Assembly (NCBI RefSeq): GCF_963921235.1
Contig: NC_086097.1
Coordinates: 187,242,001-187,306,000, forward strand
Length of the DNA: 64,000 nucleotides
Direction of reading: 5' to 3'
Origin: Mobula hypostoma
Lineage: Eukaryota
The translations under genes were made by a program, and so were the position numbers. The notes under the pieces are model-generated. The model saw only the letters and a program-made list of their open reading frames with translations, was not told the origin of the DNA and did no database searches. Positions 46,255-59,639 of the stretch are shown here, in pieces (the stretch's first letter is position 1; every line of letters begins with the position of its first letter).

Positions 46255-49195
46255 CCCCCCCGCCCCAGAACCGGCGATACATCCCCCAATGTCCACAGTC
46301 TGGATCAACCTCTGTTTGGGAGGTCTGCCTCTGTGCCGCGGTGCCTGAGCCTGGACCAGCTGCGCCAAGTCCACATGGGCCAGTTTGAGTCGGTCCACTG
46401 TGAAAACCTCCTCTCTCCCCCCAATGTCCAGCACAAATGTGGACCCGTTGTTCCTCATCACCTTGAACGGCCCCTCGTAGGGCCGCTGTAGCGGTGCCCG
46501 GTGTCCGCCCCGTCGTACAAAAGGAAACTTACAGTTCTGCAGGTCTTTGGGTACGCAGGTCGGGCTCTGTCCGTGCTGTGAAGTGGGTACAGGGGCCAGG
46601 TTACCGAGCCTCTCATGTAGTCTGTCCAGGACTGCTGCAGGTTCTTCTTCTTGCCCCCTTGGGGCCAGTATGAACTCTCCTGGGACGATCAGGGGCGCGC
46701 TGTACACCAACTCGGCCGACGAGGTGTGCAGGTCCTCTTTGGGCACTGTGCGGATTCCAAGAAGGACTCGGAAGCTCGTCCACCCAGTTAGGCCCTTCCA
46801 GGCGGGCCATGAGAGCCAACTTCAGGTGACGGTGGAAATGCTCCACTAGTCCGTTCGACTGTGGGTGTTAGGCAGTTGTGAGGTGTAGCTGTGCTCCTAA
46901 AAGGCTGGCCATAGCTGACCACAGGCTGGAGGTGAACTGGGCGTACTTGTCGGAGGTAATGTGGGCTGGTACCCTGAAGCGTGCTACCCAGGTTGCGATC
47001 AGTGCTCGGGCGCAGGATTCGGAGATGGTGTTGGTGAGCGGGACTGCCTCTGGCCATCTGGTGAACCGGTCTACGATAGTTAGGAGGTACCACGCTCCTC
47101 GTGACACTGGCAGGGGCCGCACGATATCCACATGAATGTGGTTGAAACTCCGGCTGGTGGGTTCGAACTGCTGCGTCGGAGCCTTGGTGTGCCGCTGCAC
47201 CTTGGCGGTTTGGCAGTGCATGCACGTTTTGGCCCATTCACTGACCTGTTTACGAAGTCCATGCCAAACAAACCTGTTGGAGACGAGCCGGATGGTTGTC
47301 CTGATGGGGGGGTGCACTAAGTTGTGAAAGGAGTCGAAAACTCGCCGCCACCAGGCTGCCAGGACGATGGGGCGGGGTTGGCCGGTAGCTACGTCACACA
47401 GTAGAATCCTCTCACCTGGGCCTATGGGGAGGTCTTGGAGCTGCAAACCGGAGACCGCAGTTCTGTAACTAAGGATCTCATCGTCTGCCTGCTGTGCCTC
47501 CGCCAGCCCTGCATAGTCCACCCCCTGGGACAGGGCCTGTATGGTAGGTCTGGACAGTGCGTCCGCCACGACTTTGTCCTTTCCCGAGACATGCCGGATG
47601 TCCGTCGTGTACTCAGAGATGTAGGACAGATGTCGCTGCTGGCGGGATGACCAGGGATCGGACACCTTAGTGAACACAAAGGTAAGCGGTTTGTGGTCAA
47701 TGAAAGTGATGAAGGGCCTACCTTCTAAGAAGTAACTGAAATGCTGGACTGCCAATAGCTCCCAGTCGAAAACACTGTATTTGAGTTCGAGTAGTCGTAG
47801 GTGTTTGCTGAAGAACGCCAGGGGTTGCCAGCGACCCTCGATGAGTTGTTCCAGCACTCCACCGACCGCTGTGTTGGATGTGTCCATCGTGAGGGCAATA
47901 GGAACGTCCGTTCTGGGGTGCACTAGCATTGTGACGTTTGCCAAGGCTTCTTTGGTTTTAACGAAAGTGGCTGCAGCCTCTTTGTCCCAGGTAATGTCCT
48001 TGCCCTTACCCGACATCACGGTGAACAGGGGGCGCATGACTCGGGCTGCTGAGGGGAGGAAAGAGTGGTAGAAATTCACCATACCCACGAATCCTTGCAG
48101 GCCTTTGATTGTGTTGGGTCGGGGGAAGTGGCGGACCGGATCTACCTTGGCGGGCAGAGGGGTTACCCCGTCTTTAGTAATCCTGTGGCCCAGGAAGTCG
48201 ATGGTGTCGATTCCGAACTGGCATTTGGCCGGGATGATTGTAAGGCCGAATTCGCTCAGGCGGAAGTAGAGCTGGCGGAGGTGGGACAGATGCTCCTGAC
48301 GACTACCGCTGGCTATGAGGATGTCATCCAAATAGATGAATGCAAAGTTCAGGTCACGTCCCACTGCGTCCATTAGCCGCTGGAAAGTCTGTGCGGCATC
48401 CTTTAGGCCGAACGGCATTCGGAGGAATTCGAAAAGGCCGAACGGGGTGATGAGTGATGTTTTGGGGATGTTGTCCAGATGTACCGCAATTTGATGGTAT
48501 CCCCGGACAAGGTCTACCTTGGAAAAGATCCTTGTGCCTTGTAGGTTTGCTGCAAAGTCTTGAATGTGTGGCACAGGGTAGCGATCTGGCGTTGTAGCCT
48601 CGTTCAGTCTGCAGTGGTCGCCACATGGTCTCCAGCCCCTCGTTGCCTTGGGCACCATGGGCAGGGGAGAGGCCCATGGGCTGTCGGACCGTCGTATGAT
48701 TCCCGATTCCTCCACCTTCTTGAACTCCTCCTTCGCCAGTCGGAGCTTGTCCGGGGGAAGCCTTCGAGCACGCGCGTGGAGGGGTGGTCCCTGGGTCGGG
48801 ATGTGGTGCTGTACTCCGTGTCTGGGCACGGCTGCCGTGAACTGCGGGGTCAGACCCAGGGAGAAAGTTTGAAAAGTCTTGCTTCCCTTGCAAGTTGACC
48901 AGCAGGCTGTGGGCTCGAAGAAATTCTGCCCCCCAGCAGTGGTTGTGCCACGGCGGCCAGTGTGAAGTCCCACGTGAACCAGCTGGTGCTGAACTGTAGC
49001 CGCACCGTGGGGGTGCCGTAGGTCCGTATTGTGCTGCCATTTGCGGCCCTCAGGGTGGGTCCTGGTTCTCTGTTGCGGGTGTCATAACTCGTTGGAGGTA
49101 AAACGCTGATCTCCGCTCTGGTGTCGACCAAAAAGCGGCGTCCCAACTGCTATCCCAGACATACAGGAGGCTGTCCTGATGACCAGCCGCTGTAG
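46255..49195 (-). pseudogene. pol: pol (protease, RT, RNase H, integrase with GPF motif), frameshifted
   Basis: FLVDTRAEISV (protease, DTG changed to DTR); SPWASP, MPFGL, YLDD (RT); TMDTSNTAVGGVL..DHKPL..ADALSR (RNase H); CMHC, HIHVDIV, ITSD (integrase); PYEGPFKV. Confidence 0.95.
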
Positions 49196-49198
49196 CCA

Positions 49199-49903
49199 TC
49201 AGCGGCGGCTGGCCCTGGCGTTCACGGGAAATTTGCAGGGCGGTCTACAGCGGCGGGCCTCTGTGCCCCACCGCTGGTGGTAGAAGCACCATTGTTCGTT
49301 GGGCCCCTCACTCCCGTCACCGGGTTTTGTAGGGTCTGCTGCCGGGCCTGGTCTGGTCTGCCGTTGGGCACGCGGCTTGGTGATCTGTGTGATGGACGCC
49401 CCTCTCTCCTTCTTAGCATTCCACAGCACATCTGCCCGGGCCGCCACCTTCCGGGGGTCACTGAAATCTGCGTCGGACAGCAGCAGGCATATGTCCTCGG
49501 GCAGTTGCTCTAGGAACGCCTGCTCAAACATGAGGCAGGGTTTGTGTCCTTTAGCCAGGGCCAGCATTTTGTTCATTAATGCTGACGGCGGCCTGTCTCC
49601 CAAACCATCCAGGTGCAGTAAGCGGGCAGCTCGCTCGCGCCATGAGAGTCCGAAAGTCCTTATGAGCAGGGCTTTGAATGCTGTGTATTTGCCGTCCTCC
49701 GGGGGCAACTGTATAAACTCCTCAACTTGTGCAGCTGTCTCCTGGTCGGGGGAGCTCAGCACGTAGTAGTAGCGAGTGGACTCCGAGGTTATCTGCGGAA
49801 TGTGGAATTGGGCTTCTGCTTGTTTGAACCATAGACGAGGACACAGCGTCCAGAAGCTTGGCAGTTTTAACGAAACCGCATGAACAGATGTGGCATCGGT
49901 CAT
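49199..49903 (-). CDS. gag: Gag with CHCC motif
   Basis: MTDATSVHAVSLKLPSFW..WFKQAEAQF...CFYHQRWGTEARRCRPPC. Confidence 0.9.
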   Translation of the reverse strand: MTDATSVHAVSLKLPSFWTLCPRLWFKQAEAQFHIPQITSESTRYYYVLSSPDQETAAQVEEFIQLPPEDGKYTAFKALLIRTFGLSWRERAARLLHLDGLGDRPPSALMNKMLALAKGHKPCLMFEQAFLEQLPEDICLLLSDADFSDPRKVAARADVLWNAKKERGASITQITKPRAQRQTRPGPAADPTKPGDGSEGPNEQWCFYHQRWGTEARRCRPPCKFPVNARASRR

Positions 49904-49927
49904 CTCTGGTCCAAATATCGTTTGGGC

Positions 49928-49941
49928 CGTCGGGGTCACCA
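49928..49941 (-). promoter_or_regulatory. Primer-binding site, tRNA-Trp
   Basis: TGGTGACCCCGACG, 2 nt after the 5' LTR, complementary to the tRNA-Trp 3' end (CGTCGGGGTCACCA). Confidence 0.9.
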
Positions 49942-49943
49942 AA

Positions 49944-50230
49944 TGTAGTGATGTGCTACACACAGCGCTAGAATAACCACACGTAGTCGGCAAGTTGTAA
50001 TTGCGATAAAAGAGGTTTATTCAAACTTCGCGGCCTCCTTTAAAGCCTTCCCGTTCCCGCCCTCCCTGGGTGGGTCTGCTGTGAGAAATGCATATTCGCG
50101 GACCCTTCCCGTGTGCGGGTTTTTCCCCTGCTGGTGAAGATGGCTTGGCGCCCTTTTTGGAGCTGGCCTCTTGGCCGGCACGCGCCGTTTTGTGAGCCGG
50201 TTCGAGTGCACTGGAAAGTAGGTCACCACA
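49944..50230 (-). repeat. 5' LTR
   Basis: Direct repeat of 45965-46251. Confidence 0.95.
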
Positions 50231-50494
50231 CCCCATGATTTGCGCTAATTGGCATCTGCTTAAATAAGACAAGTCACACAGAATCTATGAGCCTATCAAA
50301 ATAAACTTAAGTTTAAACAGAAAGCACCAGGAGACTGCTCGCACAAGCCGGAAGAGCTCATTACAGAGTTTGAAAGAAGCACGAGGGTGCGGTCAACACA
50401 TTTTGCGTGCCACAGTTCCTGATAAGACATTGGATTGCGTAGAGGAAGAGAGAGTTTAAAAGAAGTGAATATCATTAATCATTTAGATGCTGGA

Positions 50495-51038
50495 CTTACT
50501 GTCAGATCGCCAGCAGGTGGTAAGAGTGGGCTCCCTCACCTCTGCCCCTCTGACCCTCAACAGAGGAGCCCCATGACTGTGTCGCCACCCGAAGCTCCAA
50601 TCTGCTAATTAAAGTTGCTGACAATACTACATTGATTATCCTTATTTCAAATAATAAAAAGGCAGCCTACAGAGAAGAAGTCATCACCCTGACACAGTAG
50701 CATCAAGAAAATAACCTGTTCCTCAAAGTTGTGAAAACAAAGGAGCTGGTAGTGGACTACAGGAGGAATGGAGACAGGCTAACTCCTATTGATATCAATG
50801 GATTGGAGGTTGAGAGGGTGAACAGCTTCAAGTTTCTTGGCGGAATCACTGAGGGTCTCACTTGGTCTGTACATACTGGCTGTGTGGTGAAAAAAGCACA
50901 ACAGCACCTCTTTCACCTCAGATGGTTGAAGTTGGTATGTGTTCCAAATCCTAAGAACTTTCTACAGGGGCACAATTGAGAGCATCCTGACTGGCTGCAT
51001 CACTGCCTGGTATGGGAACTGTACTCCCCTCAATCACA
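50495..51038 (+). mobile_element. Rex1/Babar-type RT fragment
   Basis: ORF 50731..50979 KTKELVVDYRR...VERVNSFKFLG...VVKKAQQHLFHLR. Confidence 0.85.
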
Positions 51039-51040
51039 GA

Positions 51041-51449
51041 GAAATGTGATCTAAGGGACTTGACAGTGGAATGATTGCTGGTGCTAGATAGGATGGTTTG
51101 AGCATCTCAGAAACGGCTGATCTCCTGGGATTTTCATGCACAACAATCTCTAGTTTACAGAGACTAGTGTGAAAAACAAAAAAAAACATCCAGTGAGTAC
51201 AGCTGCTCAGTGGCCAAAAGCTCTTTGCTAAAGAAAGAGGTCAGAGGAGAATGCCCAGACGGGCTCAAGCTTTTAGGATGGCGACAGTGACATAAATAAC
51301 CACACGTTGCAACAGTTGTGTGCAGAAAAAGATCTGCAACACATTGAACCCTGAAGTGGATGGGATATAGCGGCAGAACACCATGAACATACATTCAGTG
51401 GCCACTGTGTTAGGTACAGGAGGTACCTATAGAAAGTGGCCACTGAGAG
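51041..51449 (+). mobile_element. Tc1-like DNA transposon remnant (transposase N-terminal HTH, internal deletion, right end)
   Basis: Translates GMIAGAR*DGLSISETADLLGFSCTTIS..KKTSSE..RGQRRMPR; ends GTACCT..AAAGTGGCCACTGAG with a local inverted copy at about 51393-51417. Confidence 0.8.
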
Positions 51450-52327
51450 TTATGTACACTGAGCTGAATTGTCCTCATGCCTCGTTACTGGTGCCATGGA
51501 AACCGACAACCAGCTGTGTTGCATAGGTTAGTGCTTTGCACAGTTCAAAGAATCATTCAGTCTGTAAACAAGTCACATTAAATTGCAAATGGTGAAATAG
51601 TGAGGCATATATCCAGTACTACTGCCTCTACTGTTATACAGTGACTGATACGTATCCAGAATGCTGCCGCTAGTGTTGTACAATAAAAACTGGCATTTGA
51701 TATAGTATCACAGCGTTTGTGATCCCAGTGCTGCAAGATTCTGTACATACAATGCACATCCTATGGTGCATGGTACAACAACCCTTGTACTGCTATATGC
51801 CTCTTATTCTATCATTGTCATTGAGATTTGCAGACAACATAAATATTCCTTAAAGAGAAAATTAAGAGCAGGTTTAGTGGAGATGTCCTTAGCCATAACA
51901 AATTTTGACAGGATAGATAAAAAGACTGTTTAAGTAAAATGACCATTAACTAAACAACAAAGTCATAAGACTCAAATATTACATGAAGGAAAAAAATTAC
52001 ATGCAAATTATTGCAATCTGAAATGTAACGAAATTCAAAGAGAACTTATGAAAGGGAATTGGATGCATAGTTGTTGGGAAATGTTTTTAGGATCTTGAAA
52101 GCAAAAGGAGCTAAAGCTAAGAAAAAAAAAGGTGGTGAAATGGGTTTAATCAGGTTTCATCTACCAGCCCAACTATGACAGGCCAGATAGCCTCCTTGTT
52201 ATTATCATTCTATGATTCTATTTTACATGTACAATTTGAGAAGCATTTGATAAATCTAACCCATTTAATTCAGTGTGATTTGGTCAAAATGATTTCTTAA
52301 GATTAATACATTGTTATTGCATATTAT

Positions 52328-53015
52328 TAGATTAGATTAGATTAGATTATGAGGACACTCAGTCCTCATTTATTGTCATTTAGAATTGCATGCATTAAAA
52401 ATGATACAACGTTCCTCCAGAATGATATCACAAGAAAACACAGGACAAACCAAGACTAAAACTGACAAAACCACATAATTATAGCAAATAGTTACAACAG
52501 TGCAAAGCAATACCATAATTTGATAAAGAGCAGACCATGGGCACAGTAAAAAAAAAAGTCTCAAAGTTCCGATAGACTCATCATCTCATGCAGGCAGCAG
52601 AAGGGAGAAACTGTCCCTGCCATGAACCTCCAAGCACCGCCAACTTGCCGATGCAGCACCACTGGAAGCACCCGACCGCAGCGGACTCCGAGTCTGTCCG
52701 AAAACATCGGGCCTCTGACCAGCCCCTCCGACACAGCCTCTCTGAGCACCATCCTCTGCCGCGTGCTTCGACCCCGCCCCGGCCACCGAGCAATAAGCAT
52801 AGCTGAGGACTTGGGCCCTTCTCCTCCAGAGATTCTGGACCACACAGTAGCAGCAGCAGCGAAGCAGGCAATTCATAAGTTTCACCAGATGTTCCTCCGT
52901 GCTCTCACGCCCGTCTCCATCAAATCAAAATTGTGCACGGCACTTTACTTGACAAATAACAGACATCACCACCGGAGTGGCCGCTGCGAGCTGCGTCATG
53001 CTGCCAGCTTCTCCT
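52328..53015 (-). mobile_element. Non-coding, non-autonomous retroposon with (ATCTA)n tail
   Basis: (ATTAG)n at 52326-52348, GC/CpG-rich body, probable 7-bp TSD ATATTAT at 52321-52327 and 53016-53022. Confidence 0.65.
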
Positions 53016-54599
53016 ATATTATAACGGACGTAAAGGAAGTTCATTATTTATACTATTGGTCACATGCTCTATCAATCTCGATTGAGATTACTTGTTACTA
53101 TCCTGTCTTGAAAATTTATCAATAGCCCCAGTTTATGCCTCTATTGGATAAGAATTCAACCTTTGAAGCTACCCAGTCAAGACCTACTTTGAAACGATGC
53201 AAGAAAGCAAATGCAATGCTTAAAACATAATTTTTATAAAATAGATAGAATGAATTAGTAGTAAGATGAAAACACAGAAATGTAGCAAAGACCTGGCATC
53301 AAGCTAGAATACAAAGCTGAAAAGGAGAAGTAGAACATGAAGAAATAAAGATACAAGGGATGATCTTCATTTTTGTGCAGAGACTGGATGGGATCCAGAG
53401 TGTAATTGCTCAGCCCAGCTTATGTCCTTGGCAAGAGACCTGATCCATTTTGAGGACCATTTGATCAATGGTCTGTGAGCACTGAATGTGACAGTAAGAA
53501 AACTGGTCTTGCCTTTTGAGTAGTCTTATTAATTCAATGGTAGTTTGTTTCAGCACTACAGTACCTGGCTCGGGGATACAATCATATCTTTTACTCTGGC
53601 AGCTACGTCAGAGTTACCAATCAAAGAAAACAAATAGGCATCAGGGATTTTACTGATGACTGATCTTGTTTTGAAAAATGTATTTAAACAATGCAACCTG
53701 TGATGGAATTTCTCATTGTACAAGTTTATTTTCCTGACAGTTAAACAGAACATAGTTCAGGTTTGGTTGTAAATACAAAAATCTGTCAGTGAACAATGGC
53801 TTCTGTGTTAGACCTTATTATGTTTGCCAGTCTCATTAAAGCAAAAACCTAATGAAAGAGAATATATTACATTAAGTTTCTTCTTGCAGTTCAGTATGAC
53901 CACTGAACTGTTTCCAGCCTATATCTAACAAGGAGATTCCACAGAAGTCTCATGTAATAAAAGGTGATTCAAAATGTCCATTCTTCTGAAGTATAAATAT
54001 GGCAGTTGAGATCCAGAAGATTTTACTTCACAAGTTTATTTCATTTCAATAAACCTCCAAAGCATTTCAATAATCAGTTAGATCTATCTTTTTCAACAGG
54101 CCCATTACTGGCCACATCTCTCCCTATAAGACTTAACTCACTTTTTGTGTAAGTAACCTTCCCACCCGAATCAAAACTGTTTTATGGATGCAAAGCACCC
54201 ATGAAATTCCAATCAAAATGCAATGAGCAGAAAACTCTGTAAGTGATCATGTTTAAAGTTGTTATGAAAGTTAACTGAACTGAAATATTAGCTATTTTTT
54301 TCTCCACAGATGATGCCTGCCCTGCTGAGTATTTCCAGCCTTTTATTACCCAAAGAAACACTATGCTTTCTAGAAAAGACTAACTTCTGGAAAATTGCCT
54401 ATGTTTTCACAAAACACAGGTCAAATCCCAAATTTACTCACAAATTAATTAGTAGTCAGTCATTAGCAAAGTGAAGGAAACTATTGGGAACAGTGCTATT
54501 AAATGATCTTATTTAGCAATAGCCACTTTAGATTTCTTCAAGACCACTTGTCTCCAGCACTCATTACAAGGCAAAGTGAGAGGGACTGCACATGGCAAC

Positions 54600-55090
54600 A
54601 TTTAGCCCAATGTGGAATCAAGAAGCAAAAGGAAAGCTAGTCAATGAGTATCAGGGGAAAAACATGTAACCGGTTGGAGTCTCATCTCATATGATCAATC
54701 ATCCCTGCCTTTAGATGTTTGCAGAATAACTTTAGGTTAGTGTCATCAGCCCAAACATATTCACATACGTCGTCAATGATCTTCCTTCCTTCAAGAGGTC
54801 AGAGGTGAGGATGTTTGCTGATAATTATATAAAGTTCAGTTCTAGTCAGAGCACTTCAGCAAATGAAGCAGTCCATGCATTCATGCAACGAGACCTATAA
54901 ATATTGAGAAATAGGCGGATAGGTGTAAAATAACATTCAAACTTACAGAAGAACCAGGTTATGTTGCTTCCAACAAAAGACAGCCAAATATCCTACTCTT
55001 GACTTGGAATGGTATTACTATCATCATGTCCTTCACCATTAACATCTTGGGGTCACCGCTGATCAGAAACCTAAATTAACTTGCCATATC
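54600..55090 (+). mobile_element. Old CR1/L2-clade RT fragment
   Basis: Degenerate SVISPNIFTYVVNDLPS..RSEVRMFADN at about 54735-54830. Confidence 0.65.
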
Positions 55091-56059
55091 CAGGAAACAA
55101 ATAGGACAAATCTGTAAAATTGCCTTTCCCCTTGTAATTGTTCTTTATCAAAGAGATCAAGATCTACCCACAAGGCATCAGTCTCTCTCTATATCTCTTG
55201 AATAGGTTACAAATAGGTCATGAACCAAATGTCAAAAATCAAGAAGGACTTTAGAGGGATTGACAGAGAGAATACCATCTATGTTGATTTTTTTTCCCCA
55301 GCAAACACTGACAAGCTGACTGTTCACCAAATGACTCCAACTCAGCATCAAATGTTAATTGTTGTAATATATGCTATTTATTGGTGTTGTTGACAAATAG
55401 TTTAATGTATTGGTTAAACCCTACCACCAAATTCTTTGTCAGTTTTAAAAATAGAATATTTTGAAACAAAAAGTATTACTTCACTTGAAATCTATTAATA
55501 AAGAAAGAAAGGTGCATTTACTTAGCATGCTCCATATACCCGATCAGTCAAAAAATGCCAGAAAACACTTCGGAAATGTAGTTGCTGTTGAAATGTGGTT
55601 AACTTATGCAAATAACAAAGAATAAATGCTAAATAATATCTTCTGTTAATGCTTGTTGAAATATAAATATTGATCATGATACCAAAGAGAACATCTGTTG
55701 TCTTCAATAAAATAGTGTTAAGTCCCAATTTCACAAGGAGATCCCAGAACAAGGGCAATCATTAAACATCCTGAATTACTGATTGATATTCTACCACACT
55801 ATGCTCATTTCCAACAACTATTGGAAAGATTCAATTCAAAATGAACAGGCAGCAAATTTGCAAAAGTAGGCAAGCGACTACTCGTCAGAGCATGTTGAAT
55901 GTTCAGATGCCTGCTGAGGTACCCATTATATTGTGGTATAACAGATAGTGGCTGAACAAATGCTAATGAAGTTTGAGGTCCAAAGGTCAACGGCAAGTCC
56001 AGAAGTCATGGCCCTATTGCTGAAGTCTCGAGTTTTCAAATCTCTATGTGTCTGCTGTG

Positions 56060-57568
56060 GAAGACCTGTGCTGACCAACTAGTTGGAATATTAACTGAGA
56101 TCTTTCACCTCTTGTTTTGGCAGTCTAAAGTACTCAACTGCTTCAAGGAAGCACTGGTGTCCAAGAAGAACATAGTCACCTGCCTCAATGACTTTCATCC
56201 AGTAGCATGTACATTCATTGAGCTTAAATGTTTTGAGAGTTGGTGATGAAAAGTATGAACTCCTGGCTGAGAAGCAACTTAATTCCTCTCCAATTTTCCT
56301 ACAGGAGCAACAGGGCAACAGCTGATGCCACCTTATTGGGTCTTCACTCAACCCTGGAACATTTGGACAGCAAAGATGTTTTCATCAGGATGCTCTTTAT
56401 CAACTACAGCTTTGCATTCAATACCATAATTCTCTCAAAACTAATCAATAGGCTGTAAGACCTTGACCTCAATACCTCCTTGTGCAACTGGATCCTGATT
56501 TCCTCACTTGCACACCCCAGTGAGTTCAGATTGGCAACAACATCTCCTCCACAATCTCCATCAGCGCACATGCACCTCAAGACTGTATGCGTAGTCCCCT
56601 GCTCTATTCACTTTACACTTATGACTAGGTGGCTAAGCACAGCTATAATGCCATGTTTAAGTCATTGGCCAAATCAAAAGTGGTGGTGAATCAGCATATA
56701 AGAGGGAGATTGAAAACCTGGCTGAGTGGTGCCACAACAACAACCTCTTACTCAACATCAGCAAGACCAAGGAGCTGATTATTGACTTCAGGAGGAGGAA
56801 ACCAGAGGTCCAAGAACCAATCCTCATCAGAGGATCAGAGGTGGAGAGGGTCAGCAATTTTAAATTCCTAGGTGTTGTTTCTTTGGAGGGCCTGTCCTGG
56901 GCCCAGCATGTAAGTACAATTACAAAGAGAGCATGGCAAAGCCTCTCCTTGCATAGGAGTCTGTGAAGATTTGGCATGACATACAAAATTTTGATAAACT
57001 TCTGTGCGTAGTGGAGTGTATATTGAGTGGCTGCATTACAGTCTGATATGGAAGCACCAATGCCCTTGACTAGAAAATCCTACATAAAGTAGTGGATATG
57101 GCCCAGTCCATCACTGGGTAAAGCTCTCCCCACCATTGAGCACATCTACATGAAGCATTGTCGCAGGAAAGCAGCATCCATCATCAAGAACCCCCACCAA
57201 CCAGGACATGCTCTCATCTCACTGCTGCCATCAGGTCCTTGAACAAAAAGGGAAAAACTTCACTCAGCTTCTTTGGCCCATCATTGAAATGTTCCCACAA
57301 CCTATGGACTCACTTTCAAGGACTCTCTATCTCATGTTCTTGATATTTATTGTTTGTTTATTTGTTATGATTATTTATTTAGTTTTGTATTTGCTCAGTT
57401 CATTGCCATTTGCACACTGGTTAAACACCCAAGTGTGGTCTTTTATTGATTCTATTATGATTGTTATTCTATTATGAATTTATTGATTATACCTGCAAGA
57501 AAATGAATCTCAAAGCTCTATATGGAGATATATATTTACTTTGATAATAATTTTACTTTGAACTTTGA
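56060..57568 (+). mobile_element. Rex1/Babar-type non-LTR retrotransposon, RT through tail, degenerate
   Basis: CLNDFHPVA, PLQFSYRSNRAT.DA, RMLFINYSFAFNTI, WCHNNNLLLNISKTKELIIDFRR; TTTGAAC tail. Confidence 0.9.
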
Positions 57569-59639
57569 AGACTAAGGCCCAATCTCTGTGAATCTGAGTC
57601 CATTACAGGCTGGAGGCCTTCAGAAAAAGGTGGCCTGTCCTGGGGTTAGAGAACTGCGTATGCCCGTGGGTGGATGGAAGGGTTTGTTGCTTGATGTGTT
57701 TCACTGTGTTGTGCTCTCTGTGTTATGCTGAGCATTCCGGGCATGTTATAGCGTGAGAAAGTGTGGCCACACTTGCAGGACTCTCCAAACGCATCCTTGG
57801 GTGTGTTGGCTGTTAACTCAGACAACACATTTCATCCACTGAGTTCTGATGCACACGTGATAAATAAATCTCAATCTGAAAAAACTGTTGCAGACCTTTA
57901 ACATATAAGTAGAAATCAACAAACTGGATTTACTACCAGAGAATTTCCTTAACATGCTGTGAAAGCTGAGCAATGCTAAATAAATCATTTGCAAACTGTT
58001 GTGGCAATTAGTAAACAGATGAAGTTGATTACTAATATCTTACCATGCAATTCTTTTAAAGCATTTATTAATTGGAAAGCATCTATCTTGATATAAAACC
58101 CAGCCTGCCAATTCAATTCTTGAATGCTGATGTGTACTCACAGTGTTTTATGTGTGGCCCCAAACCAAAACTTATGTGACTTAAACAGCAATTTTATCTG
58201 CTAAATCTGGACCATGAATATAGAATTATAGAAGCATTATTATAGCTTTCAGTTTTCTAAATACAGAGCTCTGGGACTGCGTGGAACTTTTAAATAGAAC
58301 CTACTTTTGTCAGGTTTTCTGAAAAATCCAGCTGAGCTAATTTGAAGTTTTGGCTGGTAATCTATTGGCCTGAATGCTAATTTGAAGAATTCTGCAAAGG
58401 GAATGCCAAGATGGAAATGTTTGGAGGAAGCCTAGAACACAACTGAGTGGGTCAGAACCTGCAACCTCAAATTGAGCAATCAAGTCATTTCAATCTTTAT
58501 TTAAAGCAGCACAACAGGCATGAGGCACATAATGCTGATGTGATGTTAGCTCCATTTAAAGTGACAAATCACCACTGGAAATTGTGAACCTGAGGGATAT
58601 AGAGTGAATATAGTGAGAGGGCAGTACCAAGCAGCAGTGGTGCTTCATGAAAATTACTGTTGGGTAAAGGAGGAATGGTATAAAATTCTCCACAAATAAA
58701 GGAAACAAACAGCCATAGCTGGAAGGTGTGCTTTGCAGTGGCTGAGGAGACAATTAGGAAAGAATGCAATGTAGGAAGTGATTTAAGAACCTTCCCATAA
58801 AGTCATGCACATTTGCTGATTCAGCCTCGTCTGAATGTAGCGGAATTAGATAACATACAGTCATGACTGATAAGCAGCAAGTAACATTTGCATCATAAAA
58901 GTGTTAGACACTGATTCTCCAACAGGAAAGTTTAAGTATCTGCTCCTGGTATTCAGAGATATTGCTGATCTCCCCATCATCAATATCCTGCAAGTTAACA
59001 TTGACAGGAACCTCAGCAGGACCATTCAAATAAATACTGTGCCTACAACAAGTCAGAGTTTGTACATTAATAGTGCTGTAAATTACAAGTTGTTGCTCCC
59101 TTTCTGCTCTTTCATTTTGCCATTGTACAAAAACTTTAGGGTTTAAGGCATAATAAATGGAAGAATTTACAATTATGATTTCAATCTACTGACTGGGAAT
59201 ATTTTTTTTGCCATCTGCAGTTTAACGTTTTAGATCTAATAATGTTTCACTGTATATTGCTTAAAAATCATTCATTAAAAAACTAATCACATGTTATTGA
59301 TTGGGGGTTATTCTGAATTTAGAACCTATAAAAATTTGGAACTAAGAATAGTACAGTACGGTACAACACAGTACAGGCCCTTCGACCTTTGATCCTGTGC
59401 CAACCTTTTAACTTACTCCTAGATCAATCTAGATCATCCCTCCCACATAGCCGTCCATTTTTCATTCATCCATGTGCCTATTTATTCAATGAACATAATA
59501 ATGTCTAATTCACCAATCCAATAGGAATATTAACACATTAAGATACATTTTTAGAGGAGCTGCTGAATTGTCTTACGTGTTGAAAATGGCACCAGAAATC
59601 AACAGCAATAGTTTGGAGACAGCTCACAAAACTATTTGA

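Larger units (their letters stand above)
45965..50230 (-). mobile_element. CsRn1-like Ty3/Gypsy LTR retrotransposon, near-complete but decayed
   Basis: 287-bp LTRs at 45965-46251 and 49944-50230 (TG..CA), flanks ACCC/CCCC, tRNA-Trp PBS, G-rich PPT at about 46255-46266, CHCC-type gag, PR-RT-RH-IN order. Confidence 0.95.
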
